64,000 nucleotides of DNA, from positions 62,001 to 126,000 of the forward strand of contig CBFFRP010000202.1 of assembly GCA_965644295.1 (NCBI GenBank), read 5' to 3'. Position numbers and translations under genes: made by a program. The notes below the pieces were generated by a model, which made no database searches, was not told where the DNA came from, and saw nothing but the letters and a program-made list of their open reading frames with translations. Every line of letters begins with the position of its first letter. Positions within the stretch are counted from its first letter, which is position 1. This document shows positions 1-13,300 of the stretch, one piece after another. This DNA comes from Paraphysomonas bandaiensis. Lineage: Eukaryota; Protista; Chrysophyceae.

Positions 1-2823
1 TTAGATATTTGCGTACTGATTTGTTTATGGAATTCGATATCCTGAACTCGTTCGTAGAGCGAATCATGGAAGGTTACACCCAATATTCCACATGATGTCA
101 TAATGCTACGTCCAACAAACTCGCTTGCATCACCAATATCACAGTTTTTCAATTTGTCCATTACAAAAGATTGTCCTGTTTTGTAACATCATAAGCTATT
201 ACAAATGCAGAACAATCAAAAGTATTATTAAATATACTACCTCGGGCTGCAATTGTGAATAGTTCTCTTGTCTCCTTGTCCGAGAAATATCTCGCCGAAG
301 TGTTACCCTGTTCAGAAGTGACCCTCAAACCATCTTTAAATACCTTTCCACACATAGTTATTATACAGCATGACTCACAAAAAATGTTCACTTACTTGTT
401 TCTCGTACATTTTTTCCTCCACACACCCGGCCATGATCAAGCGATAAACAAGGACATCTTTGTTTTGTCCAATACGATAGGCACGGTCAACCGCCTGTCT
501 GAAATATACGTTATTGATGAAACTCTCATCCAAGTTCTATACCTGTCCTCGGCTGGATTCCAAGACGGATCAAACACAATAACTCGATCAGCACCAGTTA
601 ATGTAATACCAAAACTAAAAGTGATGTGGGCTTTACTATGATAACAAATGCCTATCGCTTACCCGCATGCCTTTGTCGTCAGTAGGCACACATCGATACC
701 ACTATCTTTACTGTTGTTCATTTGGTCTATAATTCGCTGCCTGTCGCGGCCATTAACCTTTCGAGCATATTACAAGAAAGTAAACGGAGTTCCAATACTC
801 TTACCGAACCATCGATCCTATAACTTCCGATTCCTTTTTCAGCCAGAACTTTCTGTAGAAGTAAAACACAATAAAGCCCGCAACATCACACAGCCGCAGC
901 ACCTACTTGAATAATATCCAACATGAGCTTCGACTGCGAGAACACCAGTACTCTATGACCATCTCTTCTAAGCTCTCTCAATAGATTAAGGCATACCACA
1001 AGTTTCACGGAGCACTAACAAGAATTGTTAGGAGGAATAATTTATTCTCAAACTTTGTACCGCTAACAACTCATCTACAGAAGGAATTCTTCCCGCTATT
1101 CCAAAAACAGTTGATTGCTCGGGCAAGCTCTCCTCAATTGAAGTATCATCGAAACACTCATTTTCGAGTCGCTTGGATGCCTCAGTACGACTTGAATCTT
1201 TGTCACACAGCCCACGAGGTCGTGTCCAATACCCCGCATTCATTCTGTCCTCAAGAGATGTGTGCCCGGACGGTACACCGACGGACAAATCACTCAGAGA
1301 TTCTGCCAATAACTCAACATCGCAGTAATTGTCTCGATGATGCGGCAGTACTATGAACAGGAAATTACATAAACGTAAATAAAACATACGAAATACCTCC
1401 AGAACCTCCAGATTTACACTTCATTGCCTCTGAGGCTTCCAATAGAAACGGATGCCTGCAAAGTGTTTTTAAGTAATTGATGGCCTCCACTGGATACGTC
1501 GAGGCCGACAACACCTTCGCTAGCTGTCTTCCATGAAGATATTTTTCATACCTTATAAAGATAAATTAAGCGTGTGTCGCAGATACAACTTACACCATAC
1601 ATGTTCCTTTGCTTCTCACTCAAAGGCACCCATACAACCAATTCTCTCTTTCCTAAAATACACACGTGATACACTATAAAATAACCGTAATCGTTCTACC
1701 AGGTAGATTCAACACGTCATCAAAGTCACGTTTCTTGCGCTGTAATAAATATAATGTCAAATATATAGAACAACAACAAAAATGTTAACCTGCAGAAGTA
1801 TGGGACGCAACAAATTTCTCAGATTTTTGGCTGCGCGCTCAGATCGAATTAGCTCTGACTTAGGAATCTAAACAAAAACCATGACTGAATATACGCAGAA
1901 TAAATACTCTAAACGTACCCTTGGATCCTGACCAGCTACAATTGGTTCTACAAAAGCTGATTTGAAGTGATTTTTAGTTCCCAAAATTGCTCCTTTAGTC
2001 GCCCAGTCGACAAGTGCATACAGCTCCATCAAATTATTTTGAATAGGAGTTCCTAACCAACAAATAAGGTTGTTGTAAAACATTATAATTGAATAACCTG
2101 TCAAAAGAAGACGATGGGTCGATGGTAGAGAATGGACTGCTTTGGAAAGTTTAGTACTAGGGTTTTTTATTGTGTGGCCTTCGTCAAGAACAACATAATC
2201 CCATTCCCCATTACCAGAAAAGTGGTCAACCATATTGGAGAGGAGATTGTAAGAAGTAATGACTATACGACATCGGCGCACCATAAACACCTCACTGCAT
2301 GAACTATTCACTTATATGTAAATAGGAAATCTAACGTACCTACCGCAAAAGTCGCTCACGCTTCTTTTTAGGGACATCAGACCCTATTACTTCAGTTACA
2401 ACTCCTTTAACATATGGCTTCACAAAATCATTCACTTCACGAAACCAACTCTGCATTACAGACACTGGGCATACTATTAAAACCCGCTTAATTGCTTTCT
2501 CGCACATCAAGCCACAAAGTAAACAAACAACTTGAAAAGTTTTCCCCTATGAAAAACATTGAAAGTAATTACTATCTTATAAGTATATAAATCTTATTAG
2601 AATATACCAGTCCCATATCATCCCCTAATATCCCTCCTAATCCAGTTTTATATCGACTATACATCCAATTAATTCCTTGTTTTTGATGATGAAACATTCT
2701 ATGCAGTAATGTAGGTGGTATATGTATGACCTCATTCTCAATATATGAATTATTATCATGATCAGATATGTTATCAAATTCATTATAAGAATGAAGATAA
2801 TTCATTTGAATTGAATTAATCAA
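1..2823 (-). CDS. ERCC6L: SNF2-family helicase/ATPase, ERCC6L/PICH (plant CHR24)-like; multi-exon; 3' end runs off the window
   Basis: Spliced exons give [22 protein letters not shown] (motif I), [15 protein letters not shown] (motif II, DEGH typical of ERCC6/ERCC6L), [12 protein letters not shown], and a helicase-C half ([13 protein letters not shown]; [32 protein letters not shown]). The frame is still open at position 1. Confidence 0.85.
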
Positions 2824-3217
2824 GTAGTTATAATGATCTATGGATATATATGTATGTATGTATAGATGGATGGATATGTATGTATATACAGTTTATTATG
2901 TATGTATATACTTATAAACTGCTCTATGAATGATTTAATAGAGATGATAGATATAAGAATGATATGATTAGGGTTCGTAATAATGAATAGATTGTATATA
3001 TTGAGTTATCTTTATGTATGTATATATATGGAGGGTACTATGAGTTGATGTCCTTCATGTATATGTATATGTATATGTATGTATGTATATACAGTGCATG
3101 TGTATGTAGACATCCATACATAGATGTACATACTACTGTATAGAAGTAGTTGGTATTCCTATATATAAAAAGTAGACGTTAGTAGATTGTAGGAGTTTAA
3201 CGTCTATTTCTATACAC

Positions 3218-3432
3218 AATGCTCTATACTGTCCCTGTACTGCTGCTCTATACTCTGTACCTGTACTGCTCTATACTGTAACTGTACTGCTCTATACTGT
3301 ACCTGTACTGCTCTATACTGTACCTGTACTGCTCTACACTGTACTTGTACTGCTGCTCTATACTGTACCTGTACTGCTCTTATACTGTACCTGTACTGCT
3401 CTATACTGTACTTGTACTGCTGCTCTATACTG
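3218..3432. repeat. About 21-bp minisatellite (ctgctctatactgtacctgta)n in a divergent promoter region
   Basis: About 10 imperfect tandem copies are visible; they produce the spurious RAVQVQY ORF. Confidence 0.9.
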
Positions 3433-3967
3433 GAGTACTCCCACAACAACATAGACGTACATATCCATTCATACTCTGTATCTGATATGTATGATAATAT
3501 ACCGTATTTTCAGTATTTTTTCTTAAATTGCAGATTTTTTAGGTTCTTTCTTTCCATTATTTCCAGAATCTGGAAGTTTCTGCATATATCCTACACAAAA
3601 AATGATGGAATCGTAACCAATCATCTCCATACTCTTACGATCCTATCCTAGACTATCCTGATATCTAAATATCCGAATATTTCATCAACAAATCTCTATT
3701 TTTCTATCATATCTCAAAAAACTTATAACTTTTCTTTATTTTTTTACTATAATATCCTTAATTTTTATAGTTTATAAATTTAATGGTGGATAATGCTGTA
3801 GTCATATCATCCATCATACTGTCCAAACATTAACATATAGAAATCACTGTACATACCCTCATCTATAGACACACTCTACTTACATACTCCATTCTATTCA
3901 TTCATATCATTATTAAACATTTAATTGGTTTTAAATCATTTCATTATTATCATTTATCAAGATTTCA

Positions 3968-5594
3968 ATGGCTTGTGCATCAGATATCTATCCATATATC
4001 TATAATTTCTTAGTGGTAATGTATACATATATATATATATATATCCTTATAATTCACATGTATATAGACTTCTGGTCATACAAAAACAGCAAAATTATTT
4101 CTTAAAGAAGCTAATATTACAATTGATGATAAAGTTTCAAAGATTAATTTATTAGATATGTTTAAAGATTATATAAAACCAACTGTATCAAAAGATTCTG
4201 ATAGCAGCTCAGTTTCTGACTCAAACAGTGATTCTGATAGCTCAGACAGTGATAGCGATGAAGAGGTTGCAAAGCCTACTGCTGTTACTGCTGACTCCAG
4301 TTCGTCAGAGTCTGAATCCAGTGATTCTGACAGCTCGGACAGTGATAGCGATGAAGAGGTTGCAAAGCCTACTGCTGTTACTGCTGACTCCAGTTCGTCA
4401 GAGTCTGAATCCAGTGATTCTGACAGCTCGGACAGTGACAGCGACTCAGATAGCGATGAAGTTGTAGCAAAGCCTACTGCTGTTACTGCTGACTCCAGTT
4501 CGTCAGAGTCTGAATCCAGTGATTCTGACAGCTCGGACAGTGATAGCGACGAAGAGGTTGCAAAGCCTACTGCTGTTACTGCTGACTCCAGTTCTTCAGA
4601 GTCTGAATCCAGTGATTCTGACAGCTCGGACAGTGATAGCGACGAAGAGGTTGCAAAGCCTACTGCTGTTACTGCTGACTCCAGTTCGTCAGAGTCTGAA
4701 TCCGGTGATTCTGACAGCTCGGACAGTGACAGCGACTCAGATAGCGACGAAGAGGTTGCAAAGCCCGCTCCTGTTGCTGCTGACTCCAGTTCTTCAGAGT
4801 CTGAATCCAGTGATTCTGACAGCTCGGACAGTGATAGCGACTCAGATAGCGATGAAGGTGTACCACTCCAGGTATGTTGTTTCTCTGATTTATGTATAGA
4901 ATTTTACGGTGATTTCTAGCGAACCAAGCGTTCTCGTGAGAATGGAGAATCTGCAGATGGCGCGGCATCGAAGAAAATGAAAGTTGATTCTTCTTCCGAG
5001 TCTAGCTCTTCTGGTAGTGATGACAGCGACGATAGCGAAAGCAGTAGTGATGAGGAGTCTGACGATGAGGAAACTGTCGCGAGGAAACTGAAACAGCGAG
5101 AGATGGAAAGAAAAGAAAAGGCCCGACAGGCTGCCGCCGCTGCTGCTGCATGGATGGAGGTAAGCCTTTTGCTCTATGCGTTAATACCAATAATGCCTCG
5201 AATAGAAAGCGCCAACAAACAGTGGTTCAAAATCAGCACCTAATTCTGCTGCTAAATCTCCGGGTGTTCCTTTCAAGCGTGTGAATTCCGAAATATGGGG
5301 CTCCCAAATTATAGCTGGCTTAGAAGATAATTCATGTATGTAAAATGCGCTTGACATTTCGCTTCTCATGTATAGCAGACGAGAAGGCGTTCGGAGATGA
5401 TGGATACGGTGCTAAAGCGAGTAATGTATTAATGCAGGTGTGTAACTTTTTTATTTTGGAATGTGTTCGTTTATATACAATTGATGTAGGTGAGAGGAAA
5501 AGATTTTCGTCACGAGAAAACGAAGAAAAAGCGAGGATCTTATCGTGGTGGTTCAATAACTCTAAACTCAAATTCATTCAAGTATGAAGAATAG
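3968..5594 (+). CDS. SRP40: SRP40/Nopp140 (NOLC1) nucleolar phosphoprotein; multi-exon
   Basis: N-terminal LisH-like IYPYIYNFLV..GHTKTAKLF, central Ser/Asp acidic repeats, and C-terminal SRP40_C domain (PFKRV..EDNSYEKAFGDDGYGAKASNVLMQVRGKDFRHEKTKKKRGSYRGG) ending in TAG at 5592-5594. Confidence 0.92.
4225..4860 (+). repeat. Coding tandem repeat (90/102-bp units) within SRP40
   Basis: About 6 near-identical units encoding EEVAKPTAVTADSSSSESESSDSDSSDSDS(DSDS)D. Confidence 0.95.
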
Positions 5595-6054
5595 TACTGT
5601 GCTTAAAGTTACAGATTGGCAACTTCTGGATTATTATTAGGCAAATAGTATATACTCATAATAAATATGGACACCAACTATTTTAACTTCAATATTCCTA
5701 TATACATGTACCTTCCTTTGCAGCATTAATGAAGGCCTAAAGTATCTTGAATAGTCACTATATTTCAGTTTCAGCTATATAGCTATACAGTATTTTGAGT
5801 ACGTACTACAGTTTTCACATTGTATTTAACGAATAATACAATTTTATCTTAGAGGGACATACGTATTCCAAGAGCATGCCAAGGGCCAAAATGATAACAA
5901 ATACAGAAATGATGCCTAAATACTAAATACAACTGCATTAAGTCGTACGTAACTTCGTAAATGTAATCCTAACTTCGTAAACAGTATCCAGTTAACGAAT
6001 ACGCGACACTTAATCACTACACACTTAATAATGAAAACAATTACTGATAAAATA

Positions 6055-9000
6055 TCATACCAAATCATTCTTATCTTCAGCGGAATTGTTCTCTGGCTCA
6101 AAGTCCTCGCACTGAACATCGGAATTGACTCGCGGTACTATACTAGATGTGATGTCATTATACGAGATACTACCAGTGCCGTGACAGTCTAGATCATCAA
6201 ATCTATGTTTGATAACCTGAAGCAGCTCTGGCCGCAAAGCGCCAATTCGTACAAGCATTAATATAATATATTCACTGCAATCCAGATAGCCGTCTGAATC
6301 ATCTATACCTATGCGGTTGGCCATATCTAGCTCTTCTTCAGTTAAAAAACTGTTAACTTTGGAAGAAAGCTCCGCAGCTTCTCCCAATGACATTAACGCG
6401 TGAGCCATCATACCAAAAGTGACTGCCATAACTGAAAAAAATTGAAGTTAGATTTCACGCAATATACAACTCTCGGAATATACCTGCCATCCCAGAGCAT
6501 GTATAAATACCAACAAGCACAAAGTACCAATCTGGGGAGTCATCTGGGATTTTAGAAAACCCACCAGTTGACATACTTGACCATGCAAAGTATAACCCGT
6601 CCACAAATGACCATCCAATCGAAGAACAGCTCCACGCAACTCCAAAAACCGAATATAATACGAAAATAATATGAATTTTGTACTTGGGAACATAGAATTT
6701 CAAGGCAGCCACAATGTCATCCGCATATCCCTCTGACTCTGCCGCAGCTTCCATTTCTTGTATTCTAGCTGCATCCGAATACCTATTCATGAATTATAAG
6801 AAAATAGCATCAAAGAAATGCGATAACTTACCAGTTGGTTTTACTGTCAGCAAGTGAGCTTGCAATCACTGCCATTGCCAAACCGATCATAGCACTCCCT
6901 AAAAGCAAATGAATTGCCGAGTAAGCTTTCGCAATGGCATCTAAATCAAGCGACTGCCAATAAATCCCCTGCTAAATGTATCAAAACATATACCGAGCAT
7001 TAAAAAAATCGTACATATCCAACTGATACGCTTGTATAGAAGCCACGGGATAAGGTCATTCCAACATAAAATGAAAAAAACATCGTTCCAACAAATAGCC
7101 ACAGCAACCTGCAGTGCACATCGCAATATTAGAGTAATTTAGGTACCGGGATTAAATACTTGCCACAAGAAAAAAGACTGCGCATATGGACTCAGTAGTG
7201 TATAGTATATTTTCATACATAATATTGACAAAGGCCCCCCATCAGATATCGATGACTCTCTTTGAATTAAGAGTTCCTTGGCCTGATGACGTTAAAAAAA
7301 TAGAACACACAGTGGAAAATAGAACCTTAAATATTTTGGAAATATGACGATCGCTTACGATAGGGGTATCTACTGAAACTTGATTACTCTTCGGAATAGG
7401 ACCTATAAATAAAATTACACCTCCACCACAATTAATAAAATAGCAGTACCGTACCATTTTCCAAACCAGATTCATTATCGGATAGCGTGGACGGGGCTCG
7501 AACTTCATCATAATCTTTGTCGTCTACTTTAAAAACAAAATTCATGGTAATTCTTATACTGCTCACAACTGAAATACTTATACCTGATTCTACATCCTCC
7601 CTCTCATAGCAATCTTCATAATTTTCAAGTTGAAGATCATCATCATCGAAATCTGATTTCTTTGTCTCGCATTTTTCCATTTCACTGCTTCCACATTGTT
7701 CTTTCCTTCCAATGTCACTAGAAGTGCTAACATCGCACACTGGGAGAATCTGCCCTGGATGCTGAGGTGGTGCGAACTCGAGCTCTGCAGTAGCCTTATC
7801 TGGTGTTGATGCTCCAGGGTGCGGAGCCACTTGCTTAGATATTTTAATATCGCCTAATACCGGTAGCTCTAATACAGACTTTCTGCATTTTGCATTGCTC
7901 TCTGTAGACTTGCTTCGATTGCGGCGCACAACTACAGATCCATCTTTATACATGGAAACAGTGAATGAACAATATACCTATGTCACCATACGATATTCTA
8001 TCGCTGTTTTCGCGATCCAGTTCCTTGAACTTTTCTCTAAACTCTTTGATTAAAGTCGGTTCTACTGAACCGATGCGAACAGCAGTGAGAATTATAAACT
8101 CCTTGACATCTTATACACAACGTTATTAAACCATGAATTACTATTGTCTTCACCCACCTATAGTTCCGTCGCCATCATCAATGTCAAACATTTTCATAAA
8201 GTTAATCTCAGCGGGAGTTATGTCAGCAACAATTTTATCGTATATGGCTTCATCCTCAGGGTTTTCTAAGAAGAAACTCATGAACAGACCTATAAACACA
8301 ATTATCGTCGAAGCAATAAATGCGGACTAACTACCAATAGCAATCACAGTTAACGGAACACCAGTGGTAGTGTACAGAGCACAAAGCGCAAAATTCCACG
8401 TGTTTGACGTATCTGGAATATGTCGATATCCGGCACCAGATAAAGTTGACAGTGTGAAATCTGCAGCTACAGCTACTGACCACCCGTCGATGTATAAAGT
8501 TACAACAACACCAAGGAGTGCCCATATAACAAATAATATAATAATTTTCACTTTCGGAAAATACAAGTTCACGGCAGCCACAATATCATCAAATATGCCC
8601 TCTGTTTCAGCAGCTTTAGCTATTTCTTCCTGCTTCATCACTTCTAACAGCCAACTGCCCTTGCTAGCAGATAATTCTTTAGCAATATAAATCACAGGTA
8701 TTCCAGTAAACATAACACCAACAGCGTTGTGATAAATAGAAAATAATTTACTCCATATATCGCTATCGTCATATGTAATTGGTGGTTGCCATCCTATCGA
8801 CCATCCAACATTAACACTCTGATAGAAACCAATCGCCCACCCGAATCCATCATATAGAGAGTAGAAAGCGGTTCCTATAATAATCCATAGCGCACTGTAT
8901 GCATATATATGTTATATTACATGTATATAAGTGTGTATGTATGTGTATATATAAGTGTATGTATGTAACATGTATGTATATATGTATGTATATTCAGACT

Positions 9001-9196
9001 GTTATGAACTCATATGTTTAATAGTTCTTTTATTCTATACTTACCATGCGATAATAGGAGCATAACTCACAGGTATATGTATGGAATTCTGTGATTCACG
9101 TGCTGCTTGTTGTAATTCTAATATTTCAGCTGCATTAACTTTAATTGATGATACAGCCCCCTTACGACGGGATTTTAAGGGTCTTTGATGTGTCAT
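6055..9196 (-). CDS. Tandem-duplicated TPK/K2P-like cation channel (2 x [4TM/2P + EF-hand pair]), paralog A; multi-exon
   Basis: ATG at 9196 (MTHQRPLKSRR). Pore-loop segments FYQSVNVGWSIGW, DFTLSTLSGAGY, FYTSVSVGYGIYW, LYFAWSSMSTGGF. EF-hand-like DDGDGTIDVKEF and DDSDGYLDCSEY. The frame is continuous through the linker when GT/GC-AG introns are removed. Confidence 0.85.
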
Positions 9197-10335
9197 GATA
9201 TGTATTAAATGAATAAGTACATGTGAATGAATGATTAATGGGGTGTGTATGTGTGTGTTAAGTATGTATATGTGTGTTAAGTATGTATGTGTGTGTTAGT
9301 ATATAGAGAGTTATGTGTAGAGAGGTACATATATATATGAGTGTATACGTAGTGGGAAGTGACGTTGAATAGATCCCTTTTATATCGTACAGTACATACA
9401 TAGGTACAAATGGGAAGTATAATCCCACTAGTATATAAGTGCGATTGTCTACTAGTATGTCCTGTACATGTTGATCAAAATGATGTATATAAGTACACAT
9501 ACACAAGTACATATAGCCGTTCAATACTTTCAACTTTCTAGAACTACGTATGTATAAAACGTATATGAAAAGTTGAAGAACTTTCTCCTATTCTGTATTT
9601 TATGGTAATACAGCGTATTCTAAATCAGTCGTTTCACATACTATACCCTGTGAGAGAGTTGTACATACATAAGTACACTATACAAGTACACACCATACAT
9701 ATCCAGTACTAGTATACTACGACTTTTTACACTATACAAGTACATACCATTTATAGCACTATGTATACATATATCTACCCATACACATCTCCATAAGTAC
9801 AAAACCATATATACAAGTACACATCATATACATATACAAGTACACACCAGATATACATGTACATGTAGAGTACATCTCCAGTACATCTCTATACACAGAG
9901 TTGTATATATATACATACATCTCCAGCATCTCTCTATATATACACATACATCCCACGTCAGTTCACATCTTACATACAACTCTCACTCATATATCTCTTA
10001 CTTCATACTATTGAATCAATCCAATCATTCTTCCAATCAAACATTCAAATCATACTCATATGATTCAATTAAATCAGTTCATAATATCTAACTAACACAT
10101 ACATACACATACATATACATACATACACACAGTATGCTTCTAATATCACACTATTAACACACATACACACATATACACACACATACACACATACACACAT
10201 ATATACTCTAATTTACATATAAATAATAAGGGTTTTCTAACTTTTTATTATCATAAATACTCATTTTAGTATCATATTGTAGAATGTTTGTAATAGTCAT
10301 TCATTTCATTCATTAGATCGATTTGTATTATAAAC

Positions 10336-13300
10336 ATGGTAAGAAAACATTGTAAAAGATTACAAATGAGACGTTTACCAACATATGATCTTGAATGTAT
10401 TCCACCATCACAAATTTTAGAATGGGAAAATGAAAATAAAAGAAAAATTAAAGTTGAAGATTTACTCAATTATATACCTCTAGTGGCATGGTAAGATGAT
10501 GTCTATGGTATATGTATTATATAGAAACTAATAGAATACTACAGGGTATTTTGGATGTTTTTTGGTACATGGTTCTATGCAGTACATGATGGTTTTGGCT
10601 GGCCACTTGGTTTGTATATGTCTGTGAATATTGGATGGGCACTTGGTTTTGACATTCCGTTCACTGGTGACCACTACGGTAGTCAGATGAGCAACCTTTT
10701 CTCTCTCATCCATACTTCGATCGGTGTGATATTTGTCGGTGTGGCGGTCATATACATAGCGAATGTTCTTACCCAGACAAAAGATAGCTGGATGGTTGAG
10801 ATACTACGCAAGAAAGAGATGGAACGAGCTGCTGCCACAGATGGGGTGTGGGACGATATCATAGCCACAGCGCGTCTGTATGGACCGAAATACAAGATCT
10901 TTTTCTTATTCTTCATTTGGATCATATTTGGTGTGGTTTGGGGTATAGTCACTGTACCAGGTTGGGGTTTCTTGTACTCCTTGGACTATACGTTGTCCAC
11001 TCTGTCCGGCGGTGGATATGTAACATTACCTGCTGATGCACCAGATTGGCAATATGTTGTTTCTGCCCTCTACGCGACCACTGGTATACCCTTAATGGCT
11101 ATATCTCTGGGTATGCTTCCTGTTGAACACTCTTTTTCTCTGTATTGTGATATTGATTTCGTAGGCCTGCTTGTCACATTATGCATGGACAACCCGGACG
11201 ATAGTGCCATATTCTCCAAAATAGTAGCAGACGTCACCCAGGAAGAGATAGATTTTATGAATATATTCGGAATAGATGGTAGGATAGTGTCTTGTGCAAG
11301 TCTAGAATAATATGTGCTCACGTTGTTTATGTGCTATAATTTTTCTGTCGTTATTGCTGTCTTATCTGAATACTGCGTGTAGATGGTGACGGCAGCGTGG
11401 ACAACCGTGAGTTTATTATTCTTACTGTGGTTCGTATTGGAGCTGCCCCACCCGACCTGATCGTGCAAATCAACCAGCGCTTTCAAGAGCTGGACCGCAA
11501 GAGGCAGAACAAGTTACTCTACGATGACTTAATTTACAAGAGACGGAGAAAGGCTCCTACCTTGAGAAGCGTAGTACGAAGCAATGAATTCAGCAAGCTC
11601 ATTATATCGAAGCGTTTATCGGAGGAACACAACCCAAACTCTAAGCGCAAGCGGAGGAGGCATTATTCTATAAGGCGGGAATACGAGATAGTCGAAGCGT
11701 CTCCATCATTGACTTCGAAGGAGGTGCCTGTCAAGGTTATGGTACTCTTTTATTCGTAATTAATTTTGACTAAACACTGTTACCTCAGAAAAAACGCGGA
11801 TTTTCGCCAGTGCCATTTGAAAATAACAATAGCCTTGAGAGGGATTTATACGATATGTCTCTCAACTGTAGTGCTGATGAACCCGAATCTCAACAGAGTT
11901 GTGGAAGTTATCGTGAAGGTACTAACTACCAGTCACCTTCACGCGTTAATGATATCGAGAGTGGGGAAGTCGGAGTCGACCTTGACGAAAGTGAAGTAAA
12001 AGACAGCGATATGGAATCGGATAGAGTGAGCTCAACGCGTCGCCGTGTATCTCGCATCGATTCAGAAGGGAGTGCTAGAAGCGCTACTATGATGCTTGTA
12101 GCCAATGCTGCAATGGGATCGATGAGGCGCATTAAGCAAGAGGACGATATGGAATTCAACTCAAAAATCTCCGCTAAGATGTTAAATAAGCTGAGAAGCG
12201 TTGATGAGTCTTCTGGGCACCACATTCATCTCCCACCAGTACTTTCTGCGTTGTATTTGGCTATCGTGGATCCGTACTGCAAAGCTTTCATGGCATGGTA
12301 TCAGACTCTAATTTCTGGGTTTTTGACGTAACCAATGGGACGCAGGGTTATTTGGATAGTTGCAGGAAGTGTTTTCTACTCAATTCATGACAATGTGTCA
12401 TTTATGATGGGATTCCACACCAGTGTATCTGTCGGATATGGTACGCCTATTGCTGACGAGCACATTATTGTCTTAAATATGTATTGCCATGGCCACAGGT
12501 ATATTTTGGACAGAAATGCATTTTAACCCGGCCCTGAAGGCATTTACAATATGCTATCTTCTCATTGGAAGTACGGCCATCGGTGGGGCTATGGCGGCTT
12601 TTGCAAGAGCACTTTCGGACACGAAAAGCAATTGGTGAGCACTGCTAATACTTGTATTACACACGGGAATAATTGCTTGTACCAGGTATGTTGACGCGCT
12701 TCGTAAAAAACAGCTGGCAGCTGCAGAAGACACGGAAGGGTACTGGGATGACATCGTAGCAATCGCTGCAATATACTGGCCAAAAGTGAAGATACATGCG
12801 ATATTCTTTGTTCTTGCTGCGTGTGGAACGCTCTGGAGCTGCCTAACTTTCGACTGGACGTTTATTGATGGTTTGTATTTTGCTCTCTCAGCTATGTCCG
12901 CTGGTGGGTTGGTAGAACTTCCGGACGGGAGTGAGGATTGGAAATATGTTTTAGTCAGTCTATATATTTGTATTGGTGTTCCTGTAATGGCAATTGCTTT
13001 CGGGCTCTTTGCCCATCAAATTACAAGCTTTGGGGCATCCGATTGTTTGGAAGAAAAGCTTAACGCCAGATATACTGAAGAAGAAGTTGAAATGATGAAG
13101 TCCTTTGAAATAGACGGTATGTTTAGCATGGATATTTAAAGGTCGTAGTTATTGATTCATGCAGATGGAGATGGGTCCCTGGATGCCAGGGAGTTCGTTA
13201 TATTAATACTTGTTAGAATCGGAGCTCTGAATCCGGAGCTGATTAAAGTTATCAATGACCGATTTAGGGACTTTGATACTGAAGGAAAGGGATTTGTGTC

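Noticed and set aside
4228-4899. Alternate-frame ORFs inside SRP40
   Set aside because: By-products of the low-complexity tandem repeat.
12421-12442. SVGYG as an intact K+ filter
   Set aside because: Alignment to pore loop 1 and to the pore-helix consensus places it about four residues upstream of the filter position.
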